Source: Candidatus Zhuqueibacterota bacterium
Lineage (GTDB): Bacteria; Zhuqueibacterota; Zhuqueibacteria; Thermofontimicrobiales; Thermofontimicrobiaceae
Length of the DNA: 64,000 nt
Direction: 5' to 3'
Assembly (NCBI GenBank): GCA_049322915.1
Contig: JBMOPW010000007.1
Coordinates: forward strand, 1 to 64,000
This document shows, piece after piece, positions 61,192-64,000 of this stretch. The notes below the pieces were generated by a model. It was not told the DNA's origin. It saw only the letters and a list, made by a program, of their open reading frames with translations, and ran no database searches. Every line of letters starts with the position of its first letter. Positions within the stretch are counted from its first letter, which is position 1. The position numbers were made by a program, and so were the translations under genes.

Positions 61192-63117
61192 CTATGCTTC
61201 TTTTCCATCCGGGAAGAATCTCGCCAGCACCTCTTTTGACGGTGGTTTGGTGATGTAAGAAATTCCAACCAGACTCACCAGTGCAACGACCAGCGCCGGA
61301 TAAAGCAGCGGAATGCCAAACGGATCGGCATTGGGATCGCCGGCCGGTTTCATGATGCCAGGCCAGACATAGCCGGCAATTTTCAGGAACAGCGTGACCA
61401 CAGTGGCGGACACAATGGATACCAGTCCCGCGATTTTAGTGACCCGCTTCCACGCTAAGGCAGCTAACAACGCCGGCGTAATAGCCACACCGTAAATTGT
61501 GTAGGCAAAATAGGCATTCTCCAGCACCGAGGTCATCTGGGTGGCCATGAGATAGGCGAACACGCCGACCAGAACGATGAGAAATTGTTGCAGAAACACC
61601 ACCTTTTTCTCGGCCGCAGCGCGTTCAGTATCGCGATAGATGATGAGCGCCAGACCCGCCACCATGGCTAAATAGACGCCAACTCCTAAATGGCTCAACG
61701 CCTGCTTGCTCGCTGTGAGCAGAATTCCCAGCGCAGCGAACGGTATCAGTCCGGCGACCAGCGCGGTGACTTTCGTCGGGAGTTTTGCGAGCGTCAGAAT
61801 GACCATACCAATACCAAAAACCGGAATGAGGTAAACCAGTAATTTGAACACGATTGCCATGGCCGGGATGCTGAACTGCATATCCGTGTTTTCAGCGATG
61901 AATTGGGCGACCTGCACGCCGAGATAGCTGGCTGACTCGCTTTTGAACCAGGTCAGGAATCCGGAGAGGAACAGCGCCGCTGCAGCGATGACCTTTGGCT
62001 GAAGGAGCAGATTTTTTTCGGCTGTTGATTTGCGCACGACATCCTTCTGCTTTGATTTGGAAAAACGCTGAATGATGTCCCGGATCAGCGTGGTGGTGGG
62101 CGAAAGCAGGTAATTCATCCCGGTTGAAATGACAACGACGGTGGCAGCGCCCAACAGCAGCACGCCGACCGGCATGGGAATCATTTCGCGAGCGGCTCGC
62201 ACAATCACTTCGGCATGATCCAGTTGACCAGCCTGCAGACGATCCCAGAAATGCACCGACGCAAAAATGGCCATCACCACGGCCACGGTCTCGATGAAAA
62301 TGGTGCCGATGACCCAGATGCCGGCTGCCTTGCGGGCTTCCTGGGGCGTCTTGGCGCTGTAGAATTTCTGATACATGCTCTGCACGCCCAACAGCAGCAA
62401 AAATGTGGAAATGGCGATAGCGAGAATTTTCATCGGTGGATTGTAGGTGAATTCGGGATTAAAAACCTGGAGATGCGTGGCTGGCAACACCGCTGCCATC
62501 GTGGAAAAACTGCCGGCCGCGATGATGACCAGCGGCGTGGACACGATCATGGCTGTCAAAATAATGATGCCATTGGGCAAGTCGGTATTGGCGATGGCGA
62601 CCATGCCTCCGATCATCGTGAAAATGGTGACGAACAGGAATGCGAAAAACATGCCCTGGGCATCGGAAAGTGCGCCGTCGGAGATTGTTTTCAGAATGTA
62701 GCCGCCGGCTTTGAATTGATAGCTGACAATGGTCGTGAAACTGATGACAATGGCGATGGCGCCGAACACCCGGGCCACGGGCCCGTAGCGCACTTCGAGA
62801 ATGTCACCGACCGTGTACTGGCCAAAGGTTCGGATTTTCGCAGCTAAAAAATAGATGATCACGATGCCAACTGCCACGCCTCCCACCTGCCACAATGCGC
62901 TCCAGCCAGCCTTTGCAGCGAACTCAGCGCCGGAGATGAACGTCCCGCTGCCGATCCATGTGCAGATGAGCGTGAACACCATTTTGGTCATGGAAATAGA
63001 ACGGCCAGCCAGCATCATATCATCCTGGCTCTGCACTTTCCTCGATTTCCAGAAATTCATGATGGTGAGACCGACGAGATAAAGAACAATGATGAGGATA
63101 TAAATATTCATATTCAC
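61192..63117 (-). CDS. Sodium:solute symporter (SSS) with an inserted membrane domain
   Basis: AGRS, TWIGSG, YTVGDILE.RYG, GGM.A.A.TD, YQKFYSAK and WKR.T..AG motifs. Confidence 0.9.
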   Translation of the reverse strand: MNMNIYILIIVLYLVGLTIMNFWKSRKVQSQDDMMLAGRSISMTKMVFTLICTWIGSGTFISGAEFAAKAGWSALWQVGGVAVGIVIIYFLAAKIRTFGQYTVGDILEVRYGPVARVFGAIAIVISFTTIVSYQFKAGGYILKTISDGALSDAQGMFFAFLFVTIFTMIGGMVAIANTDLPNGIIILTAMIVSTPLVIIAAGSFSTMAAVLPATHLQVFNPEFTYNPPMKILAIAISTFLLLLGVQSMYQKFYSAKTPQEARKAAGIWVIGTIFIETVAVVMAIFASVHFWDRLQAGQLDHAEVIVRAAREMIPMPVGVLLLGAATVVVISTGMNYLLSPTTTLIRDIIQRFSKSKQKDVVRKSTAEKNLLLQPKVIAAAALFLSGFLTWFKSESASYLGVQVAQFIAENTDMQFSIPAMAIVFKLLVYLIPVFGIGMVILTLAKLPTKVTALVAGLIPFAALGILLTASKQALSHLGVGVYLAMVAGLALIIYRDTERAAAEKKVVFLQQFLIVLVGVFAYLMATQMTSVLENAYFAYTIYGVAITPALLAALAWKRVTKIAGLVSIVSATVVTLFLKIAGYVWPGIMKPAGDPNADPFGIPLLYPALVVALVSLVGISYITKPPSKEVLARFFPDGKEA

Positions 63118-63263
63118 TCCATAAAAATTAGGGGTAAATTAGAAAATTGACAAGCCACGCAGGCTGAATAGGCAGACCTGCTCTGTGGCGCGAATTCAAA
63201 AAAAGCTCACCCACTGCCGCGGCGCTGTACGGAGAGAGCGCTCTCTGCATACAGCCACACCAA

Positions 63264-64000
63264 TCACAGCTTCAGCGCTTCAATGTCGTCGATGGATTTG
63301 GGGATTGGCTTGCCCAACACCCGATGTCCATTTTTGGTGATCAGCACATCGTCCTCGATCCGAATGCCGCCGAGTCCGATGGTTTTCTCGACTGCTTCGT
63401 AATTGATGAATTCGGTGAATTTGCCCTGCGATTTCCAGAAGCCGATCAGTTCCGGCATGAAATAGATGCCCGGCTCAACAGTGAGCACCAGCCCCGGCTC
63501 CAGCTTCCTGGCAAAGCGCAAATAGGCCAGCCCGAATTGGTCGCTGCGTTTGACCGTGGCGTCGTAGCCCACAAAATTTTCACCGAGGCTTTCCATGTCA
63601 TGGACGTCCAGACCCAACTGATGCCCCAGCCCGTGCGGGAAAAACAGGGCATGGGCGCCGGCCGAGACCGCATCGTCGGTATTGCCTTTCATGAAACCCA
63701 GATCCTTCATGCCCCGGGCAATGGTTTTCGCGGCGGTGAGATGCACGTCTTTGAACGGTACGCGCGGTTTCATCATTTCTATCGCTGCCAACTGGGCGTT
63801 GAGAACCACGGTGTAAATGTCCCTTTGCGCGGGCGTGAATTTCTTCCCGACCGGGAATGTCCGGGTGATGTCGCTGGCGTAGTGCAACGGCGATTCAGCC
63901 CCGGAATCCAGAATGAGCAGATCCCCATCTTTCATCACATTGTGATGCGAATGGCCGTGAAGCACTTCCCCATGAATGGTGAAAATGACCGGGAAGGAAA
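63264..64000 (-). CDS. pepP: Xaa-Pro aminopeptidase (M24B), 5'-truncated by the window edge
   Basis: LDSG...YASDITRT, HGLGH.LGLDVHD, TVEPGIY and GIRIEDD motifs. Confidence 0.9.
   Translation of the reverse strand, partial: SFPVIFTIHGEVLHGHSHHNVMKDGDLLILDSGAESPLHYASDITRTFPVGKKFTPAQRDIYTVVLNAQLAAIEMMKPRVPFKDVHLTAAKTIARGMKDLGFMKGNTDDAVSAGAHALFFPHGLGHQLGLDVHDMESLGENFVGYDATVKRSDQFGLAYLRFARKLEPGLVLTVEPGIYFMPELIGFWKSQGKFTEFINYEAVEKTIGLGGIRIEDDVLITKNGHRVLGKPIPKSIDDIEALKL

Overview
64-kb bacterial chromosomal window, probably from an FCB-group lineage such as KSB1, Calditrichota or Ignavibacteria. This is an inference from PorV/PorQ-family, GWxTD and T9SS/FlgD-Ig C-terminal-domain proteins. Housekeeping content: octaheme tetrathionate-reductase-type cytochrome with a sensor kinase; an AmgK/RapZ-C/MurU-like cell-wall recycling operon; eno-ftsB; pyrR-pyrB-pyrC with a PyrR attenuator; rlmI; an SSS symporter; and the 3' part of pepP. 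The most notable regions are five. (1) 45.5-58.4 kb: a surface operon with two secreted T9SS-CTD-like proteins, two lipoproteins, a TonB-dependent receptor and its own PorV/PorQ-family barrel, but no SusD. It is a candidate non-SusCD uptake machine. (2) 29.2-32.9 kb: an AT-richer island with a two-gene CBASS (CD-NTase plus SLATT effector), a nucleotidyltransferase/small-protein pair, an attC-like site and a ~60-bp direct repeat. (3) 13.5-20 kb: a type-IV-pilus-related cluster in which the PilB-like ATPase, the NtrC-like activator, the pilin and the receiver protein each lack key catalytic motifs, with sigma54-like palindromes. (4) A DnaA-box cluster at 20.3-20.7 kb, a candidate oriC. (5) A 308-bp MITE with an 8-bp target duplication next to a GWxTD gene broken by one in-frame TAG. 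No rRNA, tRNA or CRISPR array was found. All calls come from reading motifs by eye; no database search was run.
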